DNA of 64,000 bases from Alphaproteobacteria bacterium (GCA_965661545.1 CBFIEF010000013.1:1393-65392), one strand, 5' to 3'. Shown: positions 28,184 through 38,872, counted from the first letter of the stretch. Notes: generated from the letters alone by a model not told the origin. Translations and numbers: made by a program.

Positions 28184-29785
28184 ATGCGCAATTTTGAACT
28201 TCCCGGTCGTTCCACAGTTATGGCGGAAAAAGGCGCGATTGCAACGTCTCATCCGCTTGCATCGAGTGCTGCGCTGCAGGTTCTGCAGGACGGCGGCAAT
28301 GCCGTCGATGCCGCGGTTACTGCCGTTCTTGTGCTGTGCGTGGTTGAACCGCAATCCGTGGGCATTGGCGGAGATATGTTTGCGCTCTATGCCCAAGGCG
28401 GTAAGCGACCTGTTATGGGCTTGAACGCCTCGGGCCGCTCACCCCAAGCGGCGACATTTGACGCCATCAGCGCCGCATTCCCCGGTGCGCAAAAGCCCAC
28501 GCGCAACCACCCGCACGCCGTGACAATTCCCGGTGCTGTTGACGGCTACCTGACCCTGCTGGAGCGCTTCGGCAGCTGGGGCATCGACCGCGTGATCGAG
28601 CCAGCGCTGCGCTATGCCGAAGAAGGGTTCCCCGTCTACGACCGCGTACGCAGTGACTGGCGGCGCGAAGTTGGCCTGATCCAGCAAGACAGTGACGCTG
28701 CTGCCATGCTGCTCCACGGCGGCAGTCTGCCCGCCTTGGGCGCACGAATGGCCTTTCCAGCGCTGGCGAAAACACTGGCTGAAATCGGCAAGAAAGGCCG
28801 CGCGGGGTTCTATGACGGCTGGGTGCTGGACGACATGCTGACCAAGCTGCAAAGCTTAGGCGGCCTGCATCAGGCCAGCGACTTCACCGCCACAGAAAGC
28901 ACGTGGGTCGATCCGATCAGCACAGACTTCCGCGGCTACCAGCTCTGGGAAATCCCGCCCAATGGTCAGGGTCTGGTCGCGTTGGAAATCCTGCAGATCC
29001 TACAGCGGCTTGAACACGCGCCGGGCGCGCTGTCGCTCGAACGTTTCCACCAGCAGATTGAAGCCTCGCATCTGGGCTACGCCGACCGCGATGCCTTTTT
29101 CGCCGACCTTGAGCACATGCCCTCCAGCGTGGAAGCCGTTCTTGACCCGGCTCGCATGGACGCTCAAGCCGCCAAAATCTCCGCAGAAGGCACCCTGTCG
29201 CCCGTGCCCGTCCCCGACTACCCCGGCCACAGCGATACGGTGTACCTGACCGTGGTCGATAAGGACCGCAACGCGATCAGCTTGATCTCATCGGTCTACG
29301 ACAGCTTCGGCTCCACGCTCACCGCCCCGCAATCAGGCGTGGTGTTCCAAAACCGCGGCTGCAGCTTTCGCGTGGACGCGCGCGACCACCCCAACGCCTA
29401 CGGCCCTTCCAAGCGGCCCATGCACACCATCATTCCGGCGATGCTGACCAAGGGCGATGCGGTGCAGATGTCCTTCGGCGTCATGGGGGCGGACTACCAG
29501 CCTCAGGGCCAAGCCCACGTGCTGACCTCGATGATTGACTATGGGCTGGATATTCAAGCCGCTCTGGACCTGCCGCGCGTGCATTCTTCGCCAAAGACAG
29601 GCCGGGTCCAGGTCGAAGCGGGCGTACCCGCTATGGTGCGCCAGGGCTTGATCGATCTGGGCCACCGCTTGGAAATCCCAGACAAAGCCATCGGCGGAGG
29701 CCAGGGCATCTGGCTGCACGCTGACACCGGCTTCCTTTCCGCCGGTTCAGACCCCCGCAAAGACGGTCAAGCGGTGGGGTTCTAA
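28184..29785 (+). CDS. ggt: Gamma-glutamyltransferase
   Basis: GGT-family motifs, including autoprocessing Thr region (…SDTVYLTVVD…). Confidence 0.8.
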   Translation: MRNFELPGRSTVMAEKGAIATSHPLASSAALQVLQDGGNAVDAAVTAVLVLCVVEPQSVGIGGDMFALYAQGGKRPVMGLNASGRSPQAATFDAISAAFPGAQKPTRNHPHAVTIPGAVDGYLTLLERFGSWGIDRVIEPALRYAEEGFPVYDRVRSDWRREVGLIQQDSDAAAMLLHGGSLPALGARMAFPALAKTLAEIGKKGRAGFYDGWVLDDMLTKLQSLGGLHQASDFTATESTWVDPISTDFRGYQLWEIPPNGQGLVALEILQILQRLEHAPGALSLERFHQQIEASHLGYADRDAFFADLEHMPSSVEAVLDPARMDAQAAKISAEGTLSPVPVPDYPGHSDTVYLTVVDKDRNAISLISSVYDSFGSTLTAPQSGVVFQNRGCSFRVDARDHPNAYGPSKRPMHTIIPAMLTKGDAVQMSFGVMGADYQPQGQAHVLTSMIDYGLDIQAALDLPRVHSSPKTGRVQVEAGVPAMVRQGLIDLGHRLEIPDKAIGGGQGIWLHADTGFLSAGSDPRKDGQAVGF

Positions 29786-30216
29786 GCGGGCTGAACGGGC
29801 AAGGTCAGCGGGGCGCGAATGGTGGCGAGCGGCACCATCACAAAATCCCGCTCGAACATACGTGGGTGCGGTAGGATCGGCGGGCCAACCGGGTCAGAGT
29901 GATCGCCACAGACCAGCAAGTCGAGATCGAGGATCCGCGCGGCGTTCCGGACGCTCCGAACGCGGCCAAAATCGGCCTCAATAGCGTGCAAATCGGCCAG
30001 CAATTCAGCCGGTTGCCGCTGCGACTCGATTTCACAAATCGCGTTCTGATACCACGGCTGATCGGAGATCGGCACAGGCTCCGTGCTCAGGAAATGAGAG
30101 ACTCGAACCAATCGACCTACTTTTGCGTGTATTTCCCGCAAAGCCACACGCAGAACTGCTTCTGGTGCCCCAATTTCGGGATGAGGAAGGTTGCTTCCTA
30201 GTCCAATTAAGATCAT
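29782..30216 (-). CDS. folK: 2-amino-4-hydroxy-6-hydroxymethyldihydropteridine pyrophosphokinase
   Basis: MILIGLGSNL… HPPK N-terminus; about 144 aa. Confidence 0.85.
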   Translation of the reverse strand: MILIGLGSNLPHPEIGAPEAVLRVALREIHAKVGRLVRVSHFLSTEPVPISDQPWYQNAICEIESQRQPAELLADLHAIEADFGRVRSVRNAARILDLDLLVCGDHSDPVGPPILPHPRMFERDFVMVPLATIRAPLTLPVQPA

Positions 30217-30401
30217 GCGCCCGTCCTGTGGATAACCAAAGTTGCAAACCGGAAGCGGGTGTACCATCCTCAGACCCGAACGAGCAAAACTAAAAAGTTG
30301 CCCTATCGTCTGCGGAAGCTATTACCGCGGTCGCTTATTTTTAGCGCCTAGGCATTTTACGCCACCGCTTCGATGGGACATTTAAAAGCAAGGCGGATTT
30401 T

Positions 30402-31016
30402 ATGAGCAACTTGCGTTTCTACCCGCAAGAAAAGATAGCCCTCTTCATCGACGGCTCCAACCTCTACGCGACGGCACGAGCCCTGGGCTTTGACATCGAC
30501 TACAAGTCGCTGCTGGGCATGTTCCAGAAGCAGGCAATGATGGTGCGCGCGTTCTACTACACGGCTTTGCTGGACGATCAGGAGTATTCCCCGATCCGGC
30601 CTTTGGTCGATTGGCTGGACTACAACGGCTACACCATCGTCACCAAGCCAACCAAGGAATTCACCGACGCCACCGGTCGGCGCAAGATCAAAGGCAACAT
30701 GGACATTGAACTGGCTATTGATGTCATGGAAATGTCCGACCGCCTGGACCACATCGTCCTGTTCTCCGGCGACGGCGACTTCCGCCGCTTGGTGGAGGCG
30801 GTGCAGCGCAAAGGCGTGCGGGTCACCGTGATCTCGACCATCAAGTCATCTCCACCGATGATTGCGGACGAGCTGCGGCGTCAGGCTGACAGCTTTGTCG
30901 AACTGACTGAAATTCAGGAGTACATCTCCCGCCCTGTGTCCCAGCGCAACACGCGCCAGCCGACCGACGGTATGGATCCAGACAGCGAGATGGCACCGAT
31001 CATCGACGAAGATTAA
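30402..31016 (+). CDS. NYN-domain (LabA-like) protein
   Basis: IALFIDGSNLY… NYN nuclease-fold motif; acidic C-terminal tail. Confidence 0.7.
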   Translation: MSNLRFYPQEKIALFIDGSNLYATARALGFDIDYKSLLGMFQKQAMMVRAFYYTALLDDQEYSPIRPLVDWLDYNGYTIVTKPTKEFTDATGRRKIKGNMDIELAIDVMEMSDRLDHIVLFSGDGDFRRLVEAVQRKGVRVTVISTIKSSPPMIADELRRQADSFVELTEIQEYISRPVSQRNTRQPTDGMDPDSEMAPIIDED

Positions 31017-31042
31017 ACACAAGCGCCCGCGCCCAAAAACAA

Positions 31043-31076
31043 AGCCCCGCCGGATCACCGCGCGGGGCTTTTTTTG
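31043..31076 (+). terminator. Rho-independent terminator
   Basis: AGCCCCGCcggatcaccGCGCGGGGCT + tttttttg. Confidence 0.8.
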
Positions 31077-31221
31077 TGCTTTAGCACTGAGGTTCAGCTT
31101 GACTGAACCTCTGCCACGTGGCGAACGGCAGGTGAGGCCCGTCAAGGCTGCGCAGCACCGGCCACAGGCCGGCTTGGCCTTGACGGGCCGAGGGGTGCAA
31201 CCCCTAAGCCAAAGGAACGAC

Positions 31222-31290
31222 GGAGGCGAAAGCCGACCGGCGACAAAGTCGACGATCAACGTGCGCGACGCTTGCCCGCAACGCGAAGCG
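31222..31290 (+). repeat. Copy C of the dispersed intergenic repeat (forward orientation)
   Basis: ggaggcgaaagccgaccggcgacaaagtcgacgatcaacgtgcgcgacgcttgcccgcaacgcgaagcg. Confidence 0.65.
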
Positions 31291-31348
31291 TTAAGGGCAA
31301 GTCGGCGCCACCAGATGCGCCTCAATCAAAATTGAAGACGCAGCCTGC

Positions 31349-32557
31349 TTAACGTCCCTGCTTACGAAGTTCCATCTTCGCAATGGATTCCAGATGCACT
31401 TCATCGGGCCCATCAGCCAGTCGCAACGTCCGCAAGTGTGCGTAGCCCTCAGCAACGTTGAAGTCTTGGCTGACACCGCCGCCGCCGTGCACTTGGATGG
31501 CAAAGTCCATAACCCGCTGGGCCATGCGCGGTGCCGCAACTTTGATCATCGCGATTTCCTTGCGCGCGGCCTTATTGCCAACCGCATCCATCTTCGCTGC
31601 CGCATGCAGGGTCAGCAGGCGAGACTGATCGATGTCGATCCGCATCTCGGCCAGCTTTTCCCGGAATGAACCCTTCTCTGCGATCGCAGAGCCAAAGTTC
31701 ACCCGCTGCTTTGCACGATTTACCGTGTCCTCAAACGCCCGCTCAGCCCGGCCAATGGTTCGCATGCAGTGGTGAATGCGGCCAGGGCCGAGGCGGCCTT
31801 GGGCGATCTCAAAACCACGGCCTTCGCCAAGCAGAATATTCGACGCCGGTACGCGCACGTTCTCGAACACCATTTCCGCGTGACCGTGTGGTGCGTCGTC
31901 GTAACCGAACACGTGCAGCGCCCGCTTAACCGTGACACCCGGTGCATCGCGTGGCACCAAAATCATCGACTGCTGTTGGTGACGTTCTGCGGTCGGATCG
32001 GTCTTGCCCATAAAGATGAAGACCTGACAGCGCGGGTCTGGCGCGCCAGAGGTCCACCACTTGCGGCCATTGATGACGTACTCGTCCCCATCCCGGCGGA
32101 TCTCAGATTGAATGTTGGTCGCGTCTGAAGACGCAACATCCGGCTCCGTCATCGCAAAGGCCGAGCGGATTTCACCGGCCAGCAAAGGCTTGAGCCAACG
32201 TTCCTGATGTTCGGGCTTACCGTAGCGCACCAGAACTTCCATGTTGCCGGTGTCCGGTGCGGAGCAGTTGCACGCTTCCGGAGCCAAATGGGAACGGCCC
32301 ATTTCCTCGCACAGATGCGCGTACTCAAAGTTGCTCAGGCCAGCACCGAATTCACTTTCCGGCAGCCACAAGTTCCAAAGGCCCCGTTTGCGGGCTTCGG
32401 CTTTGAGATCCTCCATGATGGGCGGCGTAACCCAGCGGTCTGCCTGGGCCGCGTGCTGCTCGTGGAATACGCTTTCAGCCGGGTAAATCACTTCCTCCAT
32501 GAAAGCCTGTAAACGCTCGCGCAGATCCTTGGCCTTGTCAGACAGTTCCATCAGCAT
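31349..32557 (-). CDS. Acyl-CoA dehydrogenase
   Basis: ACAD N-terminal, middle and C-terminal domains; FAD motifs. Confidence 0.8.
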   Translation of the reverse strand: MLMELSDKAKDLRERLQAFMEEVIYPAESVFHEQHAAQADRWVTPPIMEDLKAEARKRGLWNLWLPESEFGAGLSNFEYAHLCEEMGRSHLAPEACNCSAPDTGNMEVLVRYGKPEHQERWLKPLLAGEIRSAFAMTEPDVASSDATNIQSEIRRDGDEYVINGRKWWTSGAPDPRCQVFIFMGKTDPTAERHQQQSMILVPRDAPGVTVKRALHVFGYDDAPHGHAEMVFENVRVPASNILLGEGRGFEIAQGRLGPGRIHHCMRTIGRAERAFEDTVNRAKQRVNFGSAIAEKGSFREKLAEMRIDIDQSRLLTLHAAAKMDAVGNKAARKEIAMIKVAAPRMAQRVMDFAIQVHGGGGVSQDFNVAEGYAHLRTLRLADGPDEVHLESIAKMELRKQGR

Positions 32558-32697
32558 GGCGGTCTCCTCCTCTAATCCCTAAATGCTGCATGCAGACTGA
32601 CAAAGCCCGCGCCCTTAAGCAATGCGCTTCTTTGTTCCAATCAGCCACGGTTAGTGCAGATGACCAACCCACAAGGCCCAACCCAAAGGCGCTGGCC

Positions 32698-33588
32698 TTA
32701 TAACCCGCCCTTGAGCTTCAGCAAGGGCACAGAGAAATCCCGTGCGCTGTGGCCGTCGTCAGCAAGCGCTTGATAGGCTTGCTCGGCGGCTTTGCCGAAT
32801 TCAGCAGCCGCATCTGTGCCTTCCGCCGCGCCCATGGCGAGCTTTAGGTCTTTCAGCATCATCGCAACCGAAAATCCAGGCTGATAGTCTCGGTTCGATG
32901 GCGCCGCTGGTACGGGCCCTGGCGCCGGGCAGTAGGACGTCATGGACCAGCATTGGCCTGACGCTTTGCTGGAAATGTCAAAGAAGGTCTGCGCGTCCAA
33001 ACCCAGCTTTTCTGCGAGGTTAAAGGCTTCACATGTTGCGATCATCGACACACCCAACAGCATGTTATTCGCAATTTTCGCCGCCTGACCGTTCCCGGCC
33101 CCGCCGGCGTGAAAGACGTTCGCACCCATGGTGGCCAAAACCGGTTCCGCGCGCGCAAAATCCACCGCTTCCCCACCCACCATAAAGGTCAGCGACCCGG
33201 CTTGAGCGGCGGCAACCCCGCCCGAAACCGGCGCATCGAGCATGGCAAAGCCAGCTTCCCGCGCCATTCGATGCGCTTGCCGCGCATCCTCAACCGCAAT
33301 GGTCGAACAATCGATCAGCAACGCCCCCGGTACCGCCGCGCGTGCGACCCGTCCCGTATCGAAATAGACGTCCAAAACGTGCGAACCAGCGGGCAGCATG
33401 GTGATCACCATCTCCGCCCCCTGCGCAGCTGCCTCCGCGGAGTCCGCCACCTGCGCCCCCGCTGCTGCTGCTGCGTCCCGCGCCACAGACGACAGATCGT
33501 AGGCCGAGATATCCATCCCGGCCTTGCACATGTTAGCACACATGCCCGAGCCCATATTGCCCAGGCCAATAAACGCTATTTTCGCCAT
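32698..33588 (-). CDS. mmsB: 3-hydroxyisobutyrate dehydrogenase
   Basis: MAKIAFIGLGNMGSGMC NAD-binding motif; HIBADH family. Confidence 0.85.
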   Translation of the reverse strand: MAKIAFIGLGNMGSGMCANMCKAGMDISAYDLSSVARDAAAAAGAQVADSAEAAAQGAEMVITMLPAGSHVLDVYFDTGRVARAAVPGALLIDCSTIAVEDARQAHRMAREAGFAMLDAPVSGGVAAAQAGSLTFMVGGEAVDFARAEPVLATMGANVFHAGGAGNGQAAKIANNMLLGVSMIATCEAFNLAEKLGLDAQTFFDISSKASGQCWSMTSYCPAPGPVPAAPSNRDYQPGFSVAMMLKDLKLAMGAAEGTDAAAEFGKAAEQAYQALADDGHSARDFSVPLLKLKGGL

Positions 33589-33612
33589 GACTGAACCGAC
33601 CGCTTCGCGGGC

Positions 33613-35112
33613 TTAGGACATGGTCGGAATGACAAAGGCCTGATCGCCGATGTTCTCAGACCCCGGCCAGCGCTGCGTCACTGTCTTCACTTGGCTCCAG
33701 AACCGGACGCCTTCCATGCCGTACTGGTTGTGATCGCCAAAGCCCGACCGCTTCCAACCGCCAAAGGAGTGATAGGACACCGGAACCGGGATCGGCACGT
33801 TGATACCGACCATGCCGACGTTGACCTGAGAGGCAAATTCCCGCGCCGCTTGGCCGTTCTGGGTAAAGATCGCCACGCCGTTGCCGTACTGATGCTGACT
33901 TGGCAGTTGCACCGCTTCTTCGAGTGATTCAGACCGCACAACTTGCAGCACCGGGCCAAAGATTTCCTCGTGATAGGTCTTCATGCCCGGCTTGACGTTG
34001 TCGAAAAGGCTTGGACCGATGAAGTAGCCATCTTCGTTGCCTTGCAGCTTCATCCCACGGCCATCCAGCAGCAAGTCTGCGCCTTCGTCCACGCCCAGTT
34101 GGATCATGCTCTCGACCTTGTTCTTATGAACGTCCGAGACCACGGGGCCATAGTGCGCTTCAGGATCAGTCGAGATGCCAACCTTGAGCGCGCGTGCCGC
34201 GTCAGCCATCCGCTCGACGAACTCGTCGCCGGTTTTCTTGCCAACCGTCACCGCAACCGGCAGCGCCATGCACCGCTCGCCCGCTGAGCCGTAGGCCGCG
34301 CCGACAATGTCCTTGACGGCCTGTTCCATGTTTGCGTCGGGCATGATGATGCCGTGGTTCTTCGCCCCGCCCATGCACTGCATCCGCTTACCGTTTGCAG
34401 TGCCGTTCATGTAGACGTAATGCGCGATGTCGGATGAGCCGACAAAGGAAACGGCCCGAATTTCCGGCGCCGCCAAAATACCGTCCACCGCTTGCTTGTC
34501 ACCGTGTACGACGTTGAGCACACCCGCAGGCCCACCTGCTTCCATGAACAATTCCGCCAAGCGAACGGGCAAGGACGGATCCTTCTCCGATGGCTTCAGG
34601 ATGAAAGTGTTACCCATCGCGATAGACATGGAGAACATCCACATCGGGATCATGGCCGGAAAGTTAAACGGCGTAATCCCCGCCGTGACACCCAGCGCTT
34701 GCCGCATAGAGTACACGTCGATGCCCGGTCCTGCGGCGTTAGTGTATTCGCCCTTAGACAGGTGCGGAACCCCGCACGCAAACTCGACCACTTCCAAGCC
34801 GCGCTGAATATCACCGTGACTGTCCGCAACCACTTTGCCATGTTCTGAAGACAGCAAGTGTGCCAGCTCGTCGGCGTTTTCTTCGATCAAGTGCTTCAGC
34901 TTGAACATCACCCGCGCCCGGCGCTGCGGGTTTGTTGCTGCCCAAGCCGGCTGCGCAGCAGCGGCGGCGTCGATGGCTTGCTGCAAAATCGCATCGTCGG
35001 CGAAATCGACCTGTGCCTGAACTTGCCCGGTGTTCGGGTTGTAAATGTCACCTTTGCGCGCGCCTGTACCGGCGACGTGCTGACCATTAATAAAATGCTG
35101 GACCTGACGCAT
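33613..35112 (-). CDS. mmsA: CoA-acylating methylmalonate-semialdehyde dehydrogenase
   Basis: 499-aa ALDH family with catalytic Cys; RBS GGAGAG before MRQVQHF. Confidence 0.85.
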   Translation of the reverse strand: MRQVQHFINGQHVAGTGARKGDIYNPNTGQVQAQVDFADDAILQQAIDAAAAAQPAWAATNPQRRARVMFKLKHLIEENADELAHLLSSEHGKVVADSHGDIQRGLEVVEFACGVPHLSKGEYTNAAGPGIDVYSMRQALGVTAGITPFNFPAMIPMWMFSMSIAMGNTFILKPSEKDPSLPVRLAELFMEAGGPAGVLNVVHGDKQAVDGILAAPEIRAVSFVGSSDIAHYVYMNGTANGKRMQCMGGAKNHGIIMPDANMEQAVKDIVGAAYGSAGERCMALPVAVTVGKKTGDEFVERMADAARALKVGISTDPEAHYGPVVSDVHKNKVESMIQLGVDEGADLLLDGRGMKLQGNEDGYFIGPSLFDNVKPGMKTYHEEIFGPVLQVVRSESLEEAVQLPSQHQYGNGVAIFTQNGQAAREFASQVNVGMVGINVPIPVPVSYHSFGGWKRSGFGDHNQYGMEGVRFWSQVKTVTQRWPGSENIGDQAFVIPTMS

Positions 35113-35342
35113 GAGGCTCTCTCCCAAAATCCGCGTGCTGTTAAGCGGTGACTGTGCCGCTCTGAACCGCTGGTGAAAAGTCCGAAACGTGCAAAGCGGG
35201 TCTCCAATCGCTATTTCAGGCCCTAAAACCAGCGTCATCGTCTGTTTCAGGCACGCCTCCCCCTGCTACAGGCCTTGATTCGTGTTCGTAAATGCGGTCA
35301 GATTGATAAATTAGGTAACACGTCAACAAAACTGGGTTCACC

Positions 35343-38300
35343 ATGGGCTTACGCTGGAAATCGACAAAGAAACGCCCGGTTCACTTAGGGGCATTTCCGC
35401 TCGAAAAGCTCGAACGCGTCGAAGCGCCGGTGGGACTGGACAGCCTAAAGCCGCCGCAGTCCCTGTCTTTTGATCGCCCCAGCGACCCCGCCTCCATCGT
35501 GAATGCGATGGGCGAGTATATGGGCATGTTGGACGCCGTGCGGATCGGAAACATCAACGGCGCAACCGCCGTCTGTCCAGATGACCTGACCGAGCGCGCC
35601 GAACACCTCAAGGCCTTTGGCTATTTTGGCGACGCCAGCATGATGGGTGCCTGCGCGCTTGATCCCTCTGATCGGCTTGAGCACTCCTTCCGAAACCCCG
35701 ACATCGATCGCCTTGCCGAGCGTCTTCGGACTGAGCAAACCAAGACCCTCGCCGCCGGGATCGACGCCATCATGGCCGACCTCCGCGACAGCATCAGCGC
35801 CCCGGAAACCAGCATCGACGGCCACACCCACGTTCTGCTGTTCCTCTTCGCCCATCCCCGCGCCCCGCGCGCAGACGAACCGGGGACAGGCTGGATCGGC
35901 GCAGCCCAAGCCCAGCGCTCCGCCCTGCGCGCCAACGAAGGCGCAGCCGTCATCGCCAACTATCTACGCTCCCTTGGCTATCAGGCGCGTAGCCATTCCC
36001 AAGCCACCGCCGACATCGACCTGCGCCGGGTCGCCGTGCGCGCAGGCCTCGCCGTAGTGCAAGACGACCGGCAGATCGGCAACCCTTTGGTGCCAGACGG
36101 TTTTGGCTTGGCCGCCGTCACCACCGATTTCGCCTTTGCCACCGATTTGCCGCTGAACCCCCGACAAAGCTGGCCCCTGCGCCAAGCCCCCAAAACCGCC
36201 TTTGCGCGCCGTGATTTCGTGCTCAGCGAGCACCGCTTTGAAACGCTCAAGCGCGTGGAAGACACCACCACCTATATCGACGAACCCCGCGTCGCTCGCG
36301 TGCCCAAGCGCACGGACATGTTCGCCCGCTCGATCTTTGGTGATTTGGGTAAGAACGTGCAGGAAGCCGCCAAAAATGGCCGATATATTACCCGCGCGCC
36401 CGTGTCCTACGCCCAGCGCCGCGCGCTTGGGGCCTTTGTGCTGATCCAGAACGGCGATCCAGCACCAAAAGCAGCGCCAGACACCAGCGACCCGCAGATC
36501 AACGCCGACCGTGTCAAAGCCGCCGCCTATTGGCTGGGTGCAGATGCCGTCGGCCTGTCACGCTGTCCAGAGTGGAGCTATTACAGCCACGATGCCCGCG
36601 GCGACGAGATCACACCTTATCATTCCGAGGCCATATCGATCATCATTGATCAGGGCTTTGAGACCATGGACGGCGCATCCGGTGACGACTGGATTTCCGG
36701 CGCCCAGTCCATGCGCGCCTATTTGCGCTTTTCACTGATTGGCGGCGTCCTTGCCCAACATATCCGCGATTTGGGCTACGGAGCACGAGCGCACACGGTT
36801 CTCGATGGTGAAGTGCTGCAACCCCCGCTGTTGCTGCTCTCTGGTTTGGGCGAAGTCAGCCGGATCGGCGAAGTCATCCTCAACCCCTTCCTCGGCCCCC
36901 GCCTGAAATCCGGTGTCGTGACAACCAACATGCCGCTCGCCCACGACCGCCCCATCGATTTCGGCCTGCAAAACTTCTGCGACAGCTGCAACAAATGCGC
37001 GCGCGAGTGCCCCAGCGGAGCAATCACCGCCGGGCCAAAGTTGATGTTCAACGGCTATGAAATCTGGAAATCCGACAGCCAGCGCTGCACCACCTACCGC
37101 ATCACTGTTCCCGGCGGAGCCATGTGTGGGCGGTGCATGAAGACCTGCCCTTGGAACCTCGAAGGACTGTTCACCGAAGCGCCGTTCCGGTGGGCTGCGA
37201 TGAACATTCCCGCTGCTGCGCCGGTTCTCGCCAAGCTGGACGACATGGCCGGAAACGGTGGTCTGAACCCGGTGAAGAAGTGGTGGTGGGATCTGGAAAT
37301 GTTCGAAGACGGCGGCTTTCGGCCAACGGAAACCGAGGTCAACGCCCGCGACCTGCAAACCGATTTGGACCTGAAATACGAAGACCAAACCCTCGCCGTC
37401 TACCCCGCCAACCTCGCCCCACCGCCGTGGCCTTACCCCTATGCGATGGACCGGGAAAAGGGGATTGAAGCCTATCAAGCGATGATCACTGCCGAGGCCT
37501 ACAAGCTGCGCTTAGCCCAAGGCGACACCGAAGGCCTCGCCCACGAATACAAAATCGACGGTGACGCACCCGTTCTGCCGGTCACAATCTCCAAAGTCGA
37601 AGAAATGGCCCCCGGCTTAACGCGTTACGAGCTCAGCGATCCCGACGGCAAACCCTTACCAGAATGGACCGCTGGTGGTCACATCGACATTGTTGTTGCG
37701 CCAGAATTTCTGCGCCAATACAGCCTCGCTGGCGACCCGGCTGACCGCTCAAAGTACGTCATTGGCGTGCTGCGTGAAGACGACGGCAAAGGCGGCTCCA
37801 AGCTGCTGCACCGGATTTTCAGCGAAGGCCGCAAGATCTTTATCTCCAAGCCCATCAACCACTTCCCCGTGGCCGAAACCAGTGGCAAACATTGGCTCAT
37901 GGGTGGCGGCATTGGCGTTACGCCGATGATTGCGATGGCGCACGAGCTGCATGCTCAAGGCCGTGATTTCGCGCTACACTACAGCTTTTCCAAGCGCGCA
38001 AGCGCCGGGTTCCTGACCGAACTGGCGGACGTGCCATGGAAAGACAAAATCAGCCTCTACTGCTCCGAAGAAGGAACCCGCGCCGACCTCTCCGCTCTGC
38101 TTGCCGCCTATACTGCTGGTGATCACGTCTATACCTGCGGGCCAGATGTCTACATGCAGTCGGTCATGGACGCCGCAACCGCCTTTCCCGAAGACGCACG
38201 CCATCTGGAATACTTCGCTGTTCCCGAAGCGCCCGAATACGAAAACCACCCCTTCACCATCCACCTCGCCCGCGATGGGCGCACCTTTGAGGTTCCGGAA

Positions 38301-38513
38301 GACAAATCCGCCGCTGAAATCCTGCAATCCGCAGGCTTCAAGATTGACATCAAGTGCTCAGACGGCATTTGCGGCGTGTGTAAGTGCGGCGTGGTTGAGG
38401 GCGAGGTTGAGCATCGGGACTTTGTGCTCTCCAAAGCCCAACGCAAAGACCAGATCATCACCTGTCAATCCCGCGCCGGCACGCCGGGCGGCACTGTCGT
38501 TCTCGACCTTTAA
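35343..38513 (+). CDS. Self-sufficient (catabolic-type) reductive dehalogenase homologue fused to a PDR/VanB-like FNR + 2Fe-2S reductase module
   Basis: Mid-protein CDSCNKCAREC-P (CxxCxxCxxxCP) and C…CGRCMKTCP (CxxCxxxCP) twin 4Fe-4S motifs as in RdhA; C-terminal flavin/NAD-binding plus CxxxxCxxC…C plant-type ferredoxin; no Tat signal. Confidence 0.6.
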   Translation: MGLRWKSTKKRPVHLGAFPLEKLERVEAPVGLDSLKPPQSLSFDRPSDPASIVNAMGEYMGMLDAVRIGNINGATAVCPDDLTERAEHLKAFGYFGDASMMGACALDPSDRLEHSFRNPDIDRLAERLRTEQTKTLAAGIDAIMADLRDSISAPETSIDGHTHVLLFLFAHPRAPRADEPGTGWIGAAQAQRSALRANEGAAVIANYLRSLGYQARSHSQATADIDLRRVAVRAGLAVVQDDRQIGNPLVPDGFGLAAVTTDFAFATDLPLNPRQSWPLRQAPKTAFARRDFVLSEHRFETLKRVEDTTTYIDEPRVARVPKRTDMFARSIFGDLGKNVQEAAKNGRYITRAPVSYAQRRALGAFVLIQNGDPAPKAAPDTSDPQINADRVKAAAYWLGADAVGLSRCPEWSYYSHDARGDEITPYHSEAISIIIDQGFETMDGASGDDWISGAQSMRAYLRFSLIGGVLAQHIRDLGYGARAHTVLDGEVLQPPLLLLSGLGEVSRIGEVILNPFLGPRLKSGVVTTNMPLAHDRPIDFGLQNFCDSCNKCARECPSGAITAGPKLMFNGYEIWKSDSQRCTTYRITVPGGAMCGRCMKTCPWNLEGLFTEAPFRWAAMNIPAAAPVLAKLDDMAGNGGLNPVKKWWWDLEMFEDGGFRPTETEVNARDLQTDLDLKYEDQTLAVYPANLAPPPWPYPYAMDREKGIEAYQAMITAEAYKLRLAQGDTEGLAHEYKIDGDAPVLPVTISKVEEMAPGLTRYELSDPDGKPLPEWTAGGHIDIVVAPEFLRQYSLAGDPADRSKYVIGVLREDDGKGGSKLLHRIFSEGRKIFISKPINHFPVAETSGKHWLMGGGIGVTPMIAMAHELHAQGRDFALHYSFSKRASAGFLTELADVPWKDKISLYCSEEGTRADLSALLAAYTAGDHVYTCGPDVYMQSVMDAATAFPEDARHLEYFAVPEAPEYENHPFTIHLARDGRTFEVPEDKSAAEILQSAGFKIDIKCSDGICGVCKCGVVEGEVEHRDFVLSKAQRKDQIITCQSRAGTPGGTVVLDL

Positions 38514-38539
38514 CCCCTGCTACCAAGGAACCGACTTAC

Positions 38540-38872
38540 ATGCCTGAACAGGTGATTACCGGCTACCACGCCCACGTCTATTTTGATGCTGATACGGTCG
38601 AAAAGGCCACCGCCCTGTGCGCGGCAGCACGAGACCGGTTTGGCGTGGTGATGGGCCGGGTGCACGAGCGCCCCGTCGGTCCGCACCCGATGTTTTCCTG
38701 CCAGCTTGCAGCCTCAATCGAGCAATTTGGCGCGCTTCTGCCGTGGCTGGCGCTGAACCGTGACGGCCTGATCGTCTTTGCCCATCCGGAAACCGGCGAC
38801 GACTTGGCCGATCACCGCGATCACGGCATATGGCTGGGGACGGGCTTGGAGCTGGATCTCAGTATCTTCTGA
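38540..38872 (+). CDS. DOPA 4,5-dioxygenase family (PF08883-like) small protein
   Basis: About 110 aa beginning …YHAHVYFD…, the hallmark of this family. Confidence 0.55.
   Translation: MPEQVITGYHAHVYFDADTVEKATALCAAARDRFGVVMGRVHERPVGPHPMFSCQLAASIEQFGALLPWLALNRDGLIVFAHPETGDDLADHRDHGIWLGTGLELDLSIF

Noticed and set aside
36732-37478. 248-aa minus-strand ORF inside the RdhA-fusion gene
   Set aside because: Antisense ORF. The sense frame carries the Fe-S motifs.
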